NCBI GenBank assembly: GCA_002811645.1
Contig: PDIP01000011.1
Span: 66,435-130,434 of the forward strand
Direction of reading: 5' to 3'
Length of the DNA stretch: 64,000 nucleotides
Origin: Corallochytrium limacisporum Hawaii
Lineage: Eukaryota; Protista; Pluriformea
This document shows positions 1 to 11,700 of this stretch, one piece after another. Below the pieces are notes generated by a model, which was not told the DNA's origin, made no database searches, and saw only the letters and a program-made list of their open reading frames with translations. Numbering within the stretch: the first letter of the stretch is position 1; every line of letters begins with the position of its first letter. The translations under genes were made by a program, and so were the position numbers.

Positions 1-1606
1 TTGATAAGAGTGTGTTATACCTCTTTGCTTCTTTACCCGGTACTACTTATGCCTTAAAGCTCATAACAATTTCCCGATGAGGCCTGTAAACCCGTGGCCG
101 TTCTTGTCTCGTCCCCATATATACAATGAAATACTGTTAGATAACTTTTTCGCTGGAATTCCGATAAACAGATCTTTAAGTAGCCTCGTGACAAAAGCCC
201 CCAGTTCCCATGATGTCCTTTCGTTCACCAACAAGAGCCGAGCATCTGATTCCATCCTTTTGTGCAATGGTGGGCCGGTTGTTCGTAATAGTAGCAACTG
301 ACGAATGCGCCTGAGTGTTCACAACATGAAGACGAGAAGCTCAAATCATGACGCACTAACTCTCTCTCTCTCTCCCTCATTATTTATCTCTATCCTTTCC
401 TGTGAGACCCTGCCAATTGCGCCATAGTCGCCAGCGAAACAAAACGAAGTGATGATGGTATTGCACTTTTGCTGCACACTCTCTCCCCCACACACTCAGC
501 ACCGTTCGCTCCCTGGCACGTAAATTCTATTTTCGAAATTTTGGCGCGGTTTCCATCGGCAAAACCCCACCAAATCTGCGCTAAAAAGTAAAAAGCGGGG
601 AGGAGGGGGTTAAGACCTTGGAAGTGAGAGGCGGCCGTTTGGAATTGGGCCTCATACCCCAAAGGGCAGTGAAAAAGTGAGACCCCGGGTAGGGGCTCTC
701 CAAAAATATTCCCGGTACATTCTCAGTACTTAAGCTGAAGGGATACAGTCCCCCCCCCCAAAAGCTGAGATCGCTCCTGGAACAGGGAACGAGAAATGAA
801 GGAAAACCACTGGAGATTGTATGGCTGAGCGCTAATGCAGCGGGGCTCTGTGACATGTAAGTGCCCGTTGTGCAGGTCCGAAGACTGATCATGGGGCTGG
901 AGATTATGCGCCCGACTGCGGGGCGTGCCTGCCGAGATCTGCAACTGTTGATTTGGGCAACGAAATCAAAACGCCATGTCCAGAGTGCCCGGCCAGTACT
1001 TTTGTAAAAAGCTGTGTGGTATGTACGAGCAAAAAATTTACTATGGAAGTGTGCTGTGTGCCGGAGGCTTTCTGCGGCTTCTATAGCCAATGTACCCACC
1101 GGCGGCTGCCCCTACCCCGGGGGGTGGTCCTGAAAGTGGCAATGAACGGCATCAATTGCGCATTTGGTGGAGCTGCATTTTGGAGGCGCGTAGCGAATGA
1201 ACGGCAGTCCCCCTGCGTTCCAGCCAACAGTCACGGAAGGGCACTAATTGCCGCCCCTCAGCTCCCAATCTGCGGAAGGTACGTTGATTCCAAAATTGAT
1301 TGGATTCCCAGCACTCCATTGAGGTGAAACGTTGCGGGAGAGGCGGGACCGGGCCCGAGGCGAGACTATATAGCTATCGGATTGGTGAATACACGACAAA
1401 TTCACTTCGTCCTGGTGCCACTTGCGGAATGTGCAAATTTGGAAACACTTTGCCTGTGTGTGGGCATGTGCGGAAAGAAAAAAAAATGGGGGGGGTTGGG
1501 GAAGCCAGGGGCCGCCCGGTCCAGTGCCCGGTCACCGTGGGGCGATAATACTTCGATACCCTTTAGTGTCTCAATTGCTGGCGTAGGGGAATACTGAAAG
1601 GGGGTA

Positions 1607-1672
1607 GCAGGGGCGAAGTGGCAAGAAAACCTCCCCTGTGCAGGGGCGAAGTGGCAAGAAAACCTTCCCTGC
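1607..1672. repeat. 33-bp tandem duplication, each unit able to form a hairpin
   Basis: GCAGGGGCGAAGTGGCAAGAAAACCTCCCCTGT (1607-1639) is followed by GCAGGGGCGAAGTGGCAAGAAAACCTTCCCTGC (1640-1672). Confidence 0.9.
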
Positions 1673-2346
1673 TTCCGGCAGGTGTGTGTTCTTTGTTGTT
1701 GTGCTTGGGGGACAAAAACTCGTGGGTTCTTGGTGTTAGTGCGGAGACTGGGCCGGCTGACACCGGTTGGGGAATACTCGTGGGGTTTTAACCCAAAGGT
1801 ACGATATTGAAAGGTCGCAGGCAAACCCGCACCTTTGGTCCAAGGCGGCGGCCGGGCTTTGGGCACGCACGATTGAGGAGGTGAAGACAGGAGGACACAA
1901 TGCCAATGGCTCCTAGTCGTTAACCCCAACTAGCGAAGTAAACACAGGGGAGACTCGGGGAAAAAGGACTCGGAAAAAAGGTGGTGGGTGTGGAGAAGAG
2001 CCCCCCCGGGGGGGGGGAGGGGGGGGGGCAAACATGGAACACGGTTGTTACCACCGTTCAATGGGGTCTCCCAAGTCTTCGGCTCGCTTCCGTGTACTGG
2101 CTGTTCGATACCGATGTGCGTACGGAAAACGACCTGGCCAAATCATGCTTCAGGTAATAACCAGATGCATGGCAGATTGGGACGCGCACTTTCAAGCGAT
2201 TTAAAACAGTGACAGCAGCGCATAGAATGACTTTCTGGTAATATTACCTCTAAGAAACCACCTTCCAGTCTGAGGGCAAGGGTATATGGGTATTGGCTTA
2301 GGAGGTCTAGTAGCACAGCTGATAACACATCTGGCAAACATTTGCG

Positions 2347-3951
2347 ATGGCAGGTGCATTGAATTCATTGCTCCGCCTTCTTGTTTTTGGTGTAATCGCT
2401 GCGGCAATCCTCTTCGGAATTGATGCCCCGCCTGCTGTAGAACCTGTCAAGCAGTCTTTGAAAACGGCAGTCGAATCAGACAACAAAGCAGACAAAACAA
2501 CCATGAGTCCTGTAAATGCCGACGATGTGCGCAGTGTCGTGGTGGTAGGTGGCGGTCTCGCCGGACTCAGCGCCACCATCGAGGCCTACAACACCGGCAA
2601 CCTTAAAGTCACACTTGTGGACAAGAACAAGAGTATCGGAGGCAACTCTGCCAAGGCCACTTCGGGCATGAATGCTGCAGGAACTGAGGCGCAGAAGACT
2701 TTGAATGTCACTGACTCTGTTGAGCAGTTTGTGGAGGACACCATGAAGTCCGGTGACAATGAGAATAATCGCAAGCTCGTCGAGGTCCTCGCCGCAGAGT
2801 CTCGGGAAGCTCACAAGTTCATCCGTGATGCTGGTGTTTTCCTCGACAATCCGATTCAGTGCGGTGGCCATAGCGCCGCCCGAACCCACCGTGAACCGAA
2901 TCGGGCGGACGGAAAGCCGTCTCCAGTTGGTTGGGACATGATTAGTGCTCTGAAGAAAAAAATCGAATCCTTCGACCAGGATCGCATGACTATCGTCACC
3001 AATGCCGCTGTCAAGGAATTAATCACGGACCCCAACACCGGCCAAGTGGTAGGTATTAAATACAACAATGGTGAGGAGATCAGGGCGGATGCCGTGGTAT
3101 TGACCACCGGTGGCTTCGGCCATGATTGGTCCGAAAACTCCTTGCTGAAGGAATTCGCACCCCACACTGTCAAAATGTCCACCACAAATGGAGACTTCGC
3201 CAGCGGTGATGGTGTTAAGATGGCCCGCAAGCTTGGCGTCTCCCTGGTCAACATGGAAAATGTCCAAGTACATCCTACAGGTTTCGTCGATCCTAAGGAT
3301 CCGAACGCGGCAACCAAGTTTCTTGGTCCAGAAGCTCTGCGCGGCAGCGGTGGCTTCATGGTCAACAAAAAGGGACAGCGCTTCTGCAATGAGCTCGGTA
3401 GGCGGGACTACGTCACAGGCGAAATATTTAAGCACTGCGACAATCTTGGTGACGACGGTCCATGTGTAAGCTACCTTGTCATGAACGAAGACTGCTGTGA
3501 CAAGTTTGGACGTCCCAATCTTGGTTTCTACATTTTCAAGGGACTCCTTGTCCAGGCCGATAACGCAGACGATGCGGCTGCGAAGTTTGGCATCGACACT
3601 GCAGGCTTGAAGAAGACCATTGAAGAATACACAAAGGACGCCGCTGCAGGCAAGGATGCCTTTGGTAAGACTGTCTTCCCGACCAAGACCTTCTCTGCGG
3701 ATGAGAAGCTCACGGTCGCCATGGTCACTCCCTCTGTCCACTATACCATGGGCGGCATCAAGATTGACGACGAAGCACGCGTGTTGAAAGGGGATACCGC
3801 CATCCCTGGCTTTTTTGCCGCTGGTGAGGTCACCGGGGGTGTTCACGGTGCGAACAGACTGGCAGGTAACTCCCTGCTTGAGTGTGTGGTCTTTGGCAGG
3901 CGCGCGGGTCGAAATGCCGCCAAGGCTGCTCTGGCTTCTGCCAACCTTTGA
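2347..3951 (+). CDS. Soluble FAD-dependent fumarate reductase (Osm1/Frd1, flavocytochrome c flavin domain) with N-terminal signal peptide/anchor
   Basis: 534 aa. Rossmann VVVVGGGLAGL, GGNSAKATSG, GGHS, VQVHPTG, EALRGSGG, VHYTMGG and GVHGANRLAGNSLLECVVFG motifs. Hydrophobic N-terminus. Confidence 0.93.
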   Translation: MAGALNSLLRLLVFGVIAAAILFGIDAPPAVEPVKQSLKTAVESDNKADKTTMSPVNADDVRSVVVVGGGLAGLSATIEAYNTGNLKVTLVDKNKSIGGNSAKATSGMNAAGTEAQKTLNVTDSVEQFVEDTMKSGDNENNRKLVEVLAAESREAHKFIRDAGVFLDNPIQCGGHSAARTHREPNRADGKPSPVGWDMISALKKKIESFDQDRMTIVTNAAVKELITDPNTGQVVGIKYNNGEEIRADAVVLTTGGFGHDWSENSLLKEFAPHTVKMSTTNGDFASGDGVKMARKLGVSLVNMENVQVHPTGFVDPKDPNAATKFLGPEALRGSGGFMVNKKGQRFCNELGRRDYVTGEIFKHCDNLGDDGPCVSYLVMNEDCCDKFGRPNLGFYIFKGLLVQADNADDAAAKFGIDTAGLKKTIEEYTKDAAAGKDAFGKTVFPTKTFSADEKLTVAMVTPSVHYTMGGIKIDDEARVLKGDTAIPGFFAAGEVTGGVHGANRLAGNSLLECVVFGRRAGRNAAKAALASANL

Positions 3952-4478
3952 GAATGCGACAGAGAAGCCGCCATCTTTCCTAATGTTTATGATACCATTT
4001 GAGCGCTTGAACAGAGAACACACGAAAACAAGAGAAGGGCGTCAGTGGGCATCGCTGCTTTCAGCGGACTTGAGTCCAGCCCCTATCCCATTGAATTGCA
4101 ATAGATCCTGAACAGAAAATGAGAAACTACGAAAACAGCCGAGACACTTGACTTGTTGTTATGTACGATGTAGAAACAATCTGTTTAATGATGTGAAACT
4201 TTGAAGTTTGATTTAGCTGCAAACCGGTTTCTAACAGTTTGTTGCCCTTCTGTGATTTTGTGTCTTTGCAGTACACATACACAGCATCCGTTACGGTTTA
4301 TGTTCAACTCCCGAACGATAGCCTATGATGTCTTCCGCAATGCTTACGTGTTCGAAACGCTTACTATTCACGATGATGCTAAACTATGTGATGAAAATTA
4401 TGATGCCAAGATGTTTGATATAAGTTCAAAGAATGATGAGTAAGTGAAAGAGTGTTTGAAACTGACTTTCAAAAACAT

Positions 4479-5051
4479 TTACTCATCCTCGGGAGTATCG
4501 ATGGTGGTCTTTTCAGACACGTAGATACCATCCAAGAACTTACGGATATCCTTAGCCTTGACGGTGGTGGACTGCTGAATCAGCGCAGCGCAACGGGATA
4601 CGGCCTCAAGGTCGTTGCCCTGGACGGCAATCTCGTCCTTCTGTCCGGTGAAGTCAACGTTCACACCCTCGATCATCTCGACGGAACGCAGACGCTTCTC
4701 ACCCAAGAAGTTGCGGATGTCGATCTTAGTCTTGTCGTCGTTGATAGCGCAGTTAATGGGGAAATGAGCATACACAAAGCGCATCTTGTACTTGTAACCG
4801 TACTGCACACCCTTAATCATGTTGGAAATGTGAGAGCAGACAGTGCGGAGAGAAGCCTTCTGCTTGCGGTTAGCAAACCACATATCAGCCTGCAGCTTAG
4901 TCTTGGACACGCGGGTGAACTCGACAGAGATGTGGCGGAAGTCCCGAGCGAGAGTACCCCGAGGACCGGTGACGGTCAGCTTGCGACCGTTCCAGTCGAG
5001 GGAGACATTGGCAGGGACGTTAACGTATTCGGTGGACAGAACAACCTTCAT
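4479..5051 (-). CDS. RPL9: 60S ribosomal protein L9 (uL6)
   Basis: 190 aa. VTGPRGTL, YKMRFVYAHFPIN, IRNFLGEK and KDIRKFLDGIYVSEK motifs. Confidence 0.98.
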   Translation of the reverse strand: MKVVLSTEYVNVPANVSLDWNGRKLTVTGPRGTLARDFRHISVEFTRVSKTKLQADMWFANRKQKASLRTVCSHISNMIKGVQYGYKYKMRFVYAHFPINCAINDDKTKIDIRNFLGEKRLRSVEMIEGVNVDFTGQKDEIAVQGNDLEAVSRCAALIQQSTTVKAKDIRKFLDGIYVSEKTTIDTPEDE

Positions 5052-6003
5052 GGTGACCCGTATTCCCGTAATCTAATATGTATTACTGATTGGATAGATG
5101 AATCCTCAGCTATGAGTGCATTGTCCACTCATATAGCCTGCTATAGCTTTACAGCAATAGAATGACCGCCTGTTCAGTAACAATATAACACTCTAATTTT
5201 CATTATGGAACGTTACATATGCTGCTAGGACCGGATAACTGTCCCTTAGAGAGAAAGCACTGGTGTGTTGTAAGCCATTCGGTCAATCTCCTGTGGTAGA
5301 CAAAGCCCTGGCCCACTGAAACTCAGTAGAACCCGTGGGGTCCACTGTGAGGGATTGCATACTGAAAGACTGGCAGAATGAATGCCCCAGTACTTTCATT
5401 ACTACACATAACTCTACCCTGAGCTACATATATATTCATTATCAAATTGACCTTCCCCGTAGATGGCTCCCAAAACCAGAAAATGCTTTTCCAAATTTTC
5501 TCTGCACTTTTCCCTTCACTTTCTTTCATCGATTATTTTTTGTGTGTGTATTGTGTGTGTGTTTCCCTCCCCGCCACCCTCATCCTCGCCGTACGAAGCA
5601 CTTGGAATATCGAGAAATATACAAATCATTCAAATCTCTTGGAATCCAAGTCATCGGCTTCGCCCAGTTTTCGTAATGAATGTACTGTAATCCTGATGTC
5701 TGTGCTCTTCTCCAAATGGCAGCCGAGTAAGAGTCCCAGCCGTCTGTGAAACGGGCATATTAGAGTAGTTGGGTCTCCCACTGCTGTCCGTCCGTACGGA
5801 TGAGACCCGCCTCAAGGTCTTTGGTATTTGGGTGTGAGTTGCCCTTCATCAACCACAGCGAGGCGTTATTATTCATAATGCTGCATCTGGGAAACTAGAA
5901 GTTTGAAAACTAGATCGCAGGCCCTGACTTTTCAGGGTGTAAATGCGCCATCAAGACCACCCTAGGTACTTTGTGCACCTCAGTCTACAGCTGTCGAGAA
6001 ACG

Positions 6004-7743
6004 ATGGCCACGAAACAGCAAGGCCAGGACACTGCCATGGGGTCCCAATTTGACCTGCTCACAGCTCACTCAGCGTCAAGTTTTACGGATTCCGATCAAG
6101 GAGTATCTCTAGAAGTCAAACATATTTTGAAAGGCCTTTCTCAGTTCGGGAAGACTGTCGGCGGCGCCTTCGCATTCAAAAAGGTCGATCTCCAGGGAAA
6201 TGAATTGACAGATGTTATCATCCTGGAAGAGTACGAGCACCTGGAGCATATAAACCTCCGTGACAACTTACTGCGGGATCTGAGGACTCTGCAGTCCATT
6301 ACACATCTCTTGATTATCGATGCGAGCGGCAATAAGATTGAGTCTTTGCAAGCGGTGCCCACCCTTCTGAGCCTGGTACAATTGGATCTTAGTTCCAACA
6401 TGATCACAGGTTTGGAAAACATCTCTCGTTTTAGTTCCCTCCGGACATTGGATCTCTCTTCTAATGGTATAACATCCATCGATGAACTTAAGGAGTGCAA
6501 TTCTCTGGAGACTCTGATCCTGGACAACAATCGTCTGCGGAACCTCGGAAATATTGAGCTACCCGGCGTGCAGACTCTGAGTGTCAGAAACAATGCTATC
6601 CAGTCCTTTGTGGGGCTGGAAAACTTTCCTAGCCTAAACAAACTAACAATGTCCGACAATGGACTTCGCAGTGTTAAAACCATTGTCCACGGTCTTGCTT
6701 GCCCACTAGTCGATCTCGACCTGGCCGCCAACGATCTCAACGATGTGACCGATCTGACAATATTAATGCAGTTTCCGTCCTTAAATTCCCTGAAGCTGGA
6801 AGGAAATCCCATTTGCTCCATGCCATCGTACCCTGCTAGCGTACTCTGTCGCCTAGAGCGCCTGAGCTTTATGGACGGATCTGTGATTACGGAGAAAAGC
6901 AGAGTGCGTGTGCAGAACGAGATTGACCCACCCCTTCACGTCCTGCTCGCCGTGGAGCATGCCAACCGTCTGAAGAATTACATCCGCAGGCCTATCCGCA
7001 TTCATGCCCATGACCTGAACGATTCCTTATCCATGTACCGCCCTATTGTGCTTGCAGGGCCCATGGGGGCCGGTAAGAGCGTTCTCATGCAGCAACTGGT
7101 CGAGAGGCATCCAGAAGGTTTTGAAATCACCAACACATACGTGGCTCTGGGCAAGAAGCCTGACGCAGATACTGCAGATGCTAGCGATCAGCTCGCTCAC
7201 GAAGGACAACATGTTCATTTTGTGGAGGATGACGAGATGCGGACCATGATTGACAAGGGCGTCTTTGTACGAACGGCCGCGATTGCCTACAGGACGTTTA
7301 GCGGTATATCAGTCGATGACGTTGAAGAGATTGCTGGCCGGCAGAAGCATGCTCTGATTGAGTGTGACCTAGAGGGCGTGCAGCTTCTGAAGCGCACATA
7401 CCTAAATGCGTTCTATGTATTGATCATGCCGCCGTCCTCCGCCGTGCAGGAACTCCGTCTCCGAGGTAAGATGGACGGGGAAGTTCAGGAACTGGCGCTC
7501 AAGGTTGCCAAGGCCAACTTCCATCATGATACTGTTTTTGACGAAAACAAGGCTCTGTTTGATCTTCACGTGGTGAACCATGAATCCAACGAAGCCTATC
7601 GGAGACTCTTCCACTCCCTCGCGCACGCCCTCCTGTTGGAGAAATGCAAAAGTCGCAATCGCGTCGATTGCCCGCAGCCCACCCAAGGTGTCAGTTCAGC
7701 GACCAACTCGGGTCCAAGCAATTCTGCGACATTGATGACATGA
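6004..7743 (+). CDS. LRGUK: Leucine-rich repeat and guanylate kinase domain protein (axonemal LRGUK-like)
   Basis: SDS22-like LRRs with an LRRcap (LEGNPIC...Y...L..LDG), then RPIVLAGPMGAGKS P-loop and a GK-like domain. First ATG at 6004; the ORF track starts at TTG 5971. Confidence 0.85.
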   Translation: MATKQQGQDTAMGSQFDLLTAHSASSFTDSDQGVSLEVKHILKGLSQFGKTVGGAFAFKKVDLQGNELTDVIILEEYEHLEHINLRDNLLRDLRTLQSITHLLIIDASGNKIESLQAVPTLLSLVQLDLSSNMITGLENISRFSSLRTLDLSSNGITSIDELKECNSLETLILDNNRLRNLGNIELPGVQTLSVRNNAIQSFVGLENFPSLNKLTMSDNGLRSVKTIVHGLACPLVDLDLAANDLNDVTDLTILMQFPSLNSLKLEGNPICSMPSYPASVLCRLERLSFMDGSVITEKSRVRVQNEIDPPLHVLLAVEHANRLKNYIRRPIRIHAHDLNDSLSMYRPIVLAGPMGAGKSVLMQQLVERHPEGFEITNTYVALGKKPDADTADASDQLAHEGQHVHFVEDDEMRTMIDKGVFVRTAAIAYRTFSGISVDDVEEIAGRQKHALIECDLEGVQLLKRTYLNAFYVLIMPPSSAVQELRLRGKMDGEVQELALKVAKANFHHDTVFDENKALFDLHVVNHESNEAYRRLFHSLAHALLLEKCKSRNRVDCPQPTQGVSSATNSGPSNSATLMT

Positions 7744-8714
7744 AAGAAACCAGGACCTCGCATCCCAGCAATAGATATATGTATTCATAACCAACCGCCA
7801 TCCCCCGGGTTTGCAATCTTCCCATCCGCTCTCTGTTTCGGGCCTCGCCCACTGAATGTCACAGCACAAGGGAACGACCGCTGAGGAAATTGGTGTGGAG
7901 GGGGGGGAGGTGCGCGGGTGATTATTCACTCCCCTCCTGTGACGTCTTCGGTTCTTGTTTCGAGCCCTTTAATGATCAGCCTCGCCGAGAACTGCCACCC
8001 CAGAACCGCAGCCCGAAAACTGCCAACTTCCTCTCCCATTCCCTCCCCCACCAAATTCAAAACGGAACGTCTGCCTAAATCTTGTGCGCAAAAGCCACCC
8101 CAGCTCCACCTCGCTGCTGCACCCGGGGGCAAACCGAGCGGTAATGGGTGTACTACCTTGCGGCGTCCCCTTTCGTGCCATCTTTCCCTTCGTCGCAACT
8201 GGCCCGCTTCGAGACCAAAAGGAGCGCAATCCTGGAAGGGAGTGAAATTGGCAATCATTAAGGGAAAAATACAGGGAGAGTGGCCATATCTTACCAGCAA
8301 TTGTCGCCCCGCAGGTGCGGGAGCAACAGCAGCAACCATAGAACTAGAGGCGGGAAGCCTTGCGGAAGAAGGCAGTCGGTGGTGGAAACTTGGGAGGGAG
8401 ATCTAACGGGTAGGCCAAAGGTCAGTGAGGCCTAGCGTGCTGTTGATTGATTCATAGATGGGAAAAAGATGGTCCTCGTCGAAATGGCATGATTTGGGAC
8501 ATTGACAAAGGTATGAAGGACAGCACAGTGCCTTCACTTACTGCGGGATTTGCGTCTGTGAAGGATCCAGTCGAGCGAGTAATCGGCGCAGTTGAGAGAG
8601 GGATCTGTACGTTGTATGCGACAAGTCTTCGGTCATGGTGTCTGGATCTCTTAACAGCTGGGCAGCGTTCAGCTGAGCTTCTGTGCGCTTGTTCATATAA
8701 ATTACAATTGTAAT

Positions 8715-11700
8715 ATGTCCTCAGAACGGGTCTTTGGCAAGCCGAAGGCGCAACCGGTGTTGCGCAGCCCTGCTGGCAAACAGGCTCAGTCACGTCTCAC
8801 CGCGGAGGATGAGATAGCTCGGTTACCCAGTGGCAGCCATGTGCGCACATCCAGGCTACATAGTTTCAAGAAGCCGATTAATTCGGAGTCATCACATGGT
8901 ACACCATATGGATCGCTAACCAGCGCTGGTACCCTGGATCGTACTCCGCAGAAGTCGAGTGTGACCGACGCAGACCTTTCGCCGACCATGCAACCGACTT
9001 CAGCGGAAGCTATCAATGTGAACAGTGGCGCGTCGGCCAGTAAAGACACTGATCATGAAGCTGACAAAGCCGTGTCACAAATGGATCTGGGATCGTCCGT
9101 GAGTGATCCGCGGGCAGAGCAAAACAGTATCGACGACGAAACTCGGCCACTGATGCCGCTGAGCCGGAGACGGAGCTTTGATTCAAACAGCACCGCTACG
9201 CACGGCGGTGGTGGGACGTTTCTCGGGCTGGCTGGTGAACCACGAATTCGACTTGAAGTTCTGGGACAGGCTTCGCTCAGTGTGATTCTGGGACTGACCT
9301 ACTTAAGCCTGATCATGGCTATCGTGTCCACGGTCTTCGTCAAACCATTCTACCGATTCGAGACGGATATTCTGTGGACCTCAGAATGTATTGACGGAAA
9401 TCCACCGGCTCCCAGAAGCAATCAGGATGTCACTTCCTGCCTGGAAACCAACGGGACTGTATGGAAGGTGCAAGCTGTCGAATGGAGCTCACTTCGAGGG
9501 CCCCCACAGCTCAATGTGGATTTGAGCATGATCATTTCGGAGAATGACGAGGAACTCCGTGAATGCGGGGAGCTTGACTTTATCATGCCAGAAGCCCCTT
9601 TCAATCAGCCTCAAGGACATAGACATATGACAGCACGGAAACAGGAAGTGGATCATGATTGGGGCGTGATGAACAGCGATCATCGGGACATCATTGCCGG
9701 CAGCGAAGACGGGAAGATCGTGCGCTTGCATTACAATATGACCCTGTACCAACTGAATTGGAAGAATGGTCATGCAGCCAAATATCCTTTTCGCCGTGTA
9801 GAAGGTCTGTACATGGATGTCATGCTTCGAAACAACACCTCGACAACAGCCCGAGTGGCCAGTACAGCCACACTAGTGCGCCGCGTAGACTTCTTAAGCC
9901 CGGATCTGACAGTTAGTCCGGACATCTTTCACGGTTGGGCTGTGGCCATTGAATTCAATATGAAGATCAGCCATCACAGCCATGCAGCGTTCAGCATTAG
10001 CCATCGCAATGGGCGCTACGAACTTGCTGACTTGATCATTCGTGGTGTATTGCTATGCATTAGCATTGGTTTCGTGGCATACTACATGCATCGACTCTTC
10101 CGATATGAGGGCAGTGTAGCCCTTTGGATGAGTGAACAGAAGTACATTTTGGTGGCGCTTCTAGGGTTGGTCAGTTTCCAGGATCCTCTCTTTGCCTGGT
10201 CAAAATTAACACTCTCCATGACTGCGGATGTTCTGAGTATGATATGCATCAGTGCTGGGGTAAGTACAATTGGTACTTCTTGGCTGCTTTTCGCAAACTT
10301 AATGCGTTATGAACTGGATGAGCCGCTCCCGGAGAACTTCAGTAGAGGGAAAGTGCTGTGGGGATTCGGATGTTTCACCATGCTGGTTGGTTTCCATCTG
10401 ACAGCATGGATCCTGTTTGCCAGTGACCCAGATGCCCTGGGCTATGAGAAAGTGTTGCGTCCCTTAAGTCAACTAGTTATCTATCCAGTCCTGGTTGCCT
10501 CTCTAATCTGGCTCTGTGTGTCAATCTACCAAACACGCAAGACTCTGAGATCCCAACCCTACCTACGAAACCGGTTCCGCCACCTGGCGTTCAACTTTTA
10601 CCTGATGCAGAATGGTCTGGTCGTCATGTACTGGATCATTCAGAGTGCGGCCTACCTCTTGGCATCATCCCAGATGGAAGACTTTGTAGCGTCTGACGAG
10701 TTCGGTATGAGCGATACGGGTACAGTGATTATGATCAGTGTGTATCTTTACATGCTAGCATACGTGTACCTACCCGTAGATAATCGTACCATGATCTACA
10801 ACAAAATTAACAATGTCATCAGTCACCATTTTGGCGTGGATTACGGCAGCACCAGCGGCTCCCACTCTAGTTTGAGTGCCGCACCTATCGACGGTCGCCT
10901 CACACCGCGGCATGCCGCGTCACGCTCCGTCTCAGGTTCCCCGTCGCCGCTGGCTCGGCGACAGTTAAACCACCGAAATCCGAGGACAGCGTTCAGTTTG
11001 TGGATCGCACGCTGGCTCCTTGACTACGCTGAGCAGGCATTCTACGATCCCGAGGGTGTTACCACCGTCAGTGGCTGGGGCAAAATGGATCCAGAGAGGT
11101 ACCGCTTCGAGATTGCCAACTTCATCGTGCACGAGGAGACCGATTGTAACTGTCTGGTAGCCAAATGTGGTTCAAACATTGTGGTGGCCTTCCGTGGCAC
11201 GTCAAGCACAACGAATTGGATGAGTAATGCACGAATGCACCGCAAACCGATCCCCCGTGCCGAAGTACCGAACCAAAGGGCCCATGATCTCATGCGTCAT
11301 GCCTTCCAGAGTACCTTTCAGAGGGCCACGGTCCATTCCGGTTTCTGGAATATGTTCAAAAGCATCGAGACCACTCTGAAGGACACCCTGTTGGAGCTGA
11401 CATCGGCCGGTGGTATCAGGCACGTCTACTTCACAGGCCATAGTTTGGGAGGCGCCTTGGCTGTCCTGGCGGGCAGCCATCTCTACCGCTTCCTCAGTGC
11501 GCCTATTGCCATATACTCCTTCGGGGCACCCCGAGTGGGGAATGCTGGCTTTGCGAACATGGCTGATATGGCCGTGCCCTGCACCTACCGCATTGTTATG
11601 GATGGTGACCTGGTTACGAATTTGCCCAAACACTGGCATTTCGGGAATCCTTATAAGCATTCGGGTTATGAGATTATTGTCGATGAGCTTGGCAACGTTT

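Noticed and set aside
4340-4470. tRNA or C/D snoRNA (GTTCGAAAC B-box-like motif; ATGATGA...CTGA)
   Set aside because: There is no cloverleaf or A-box, the C/D spacing is only about 33 nt, and it lies in the convergent 3' UTR region.
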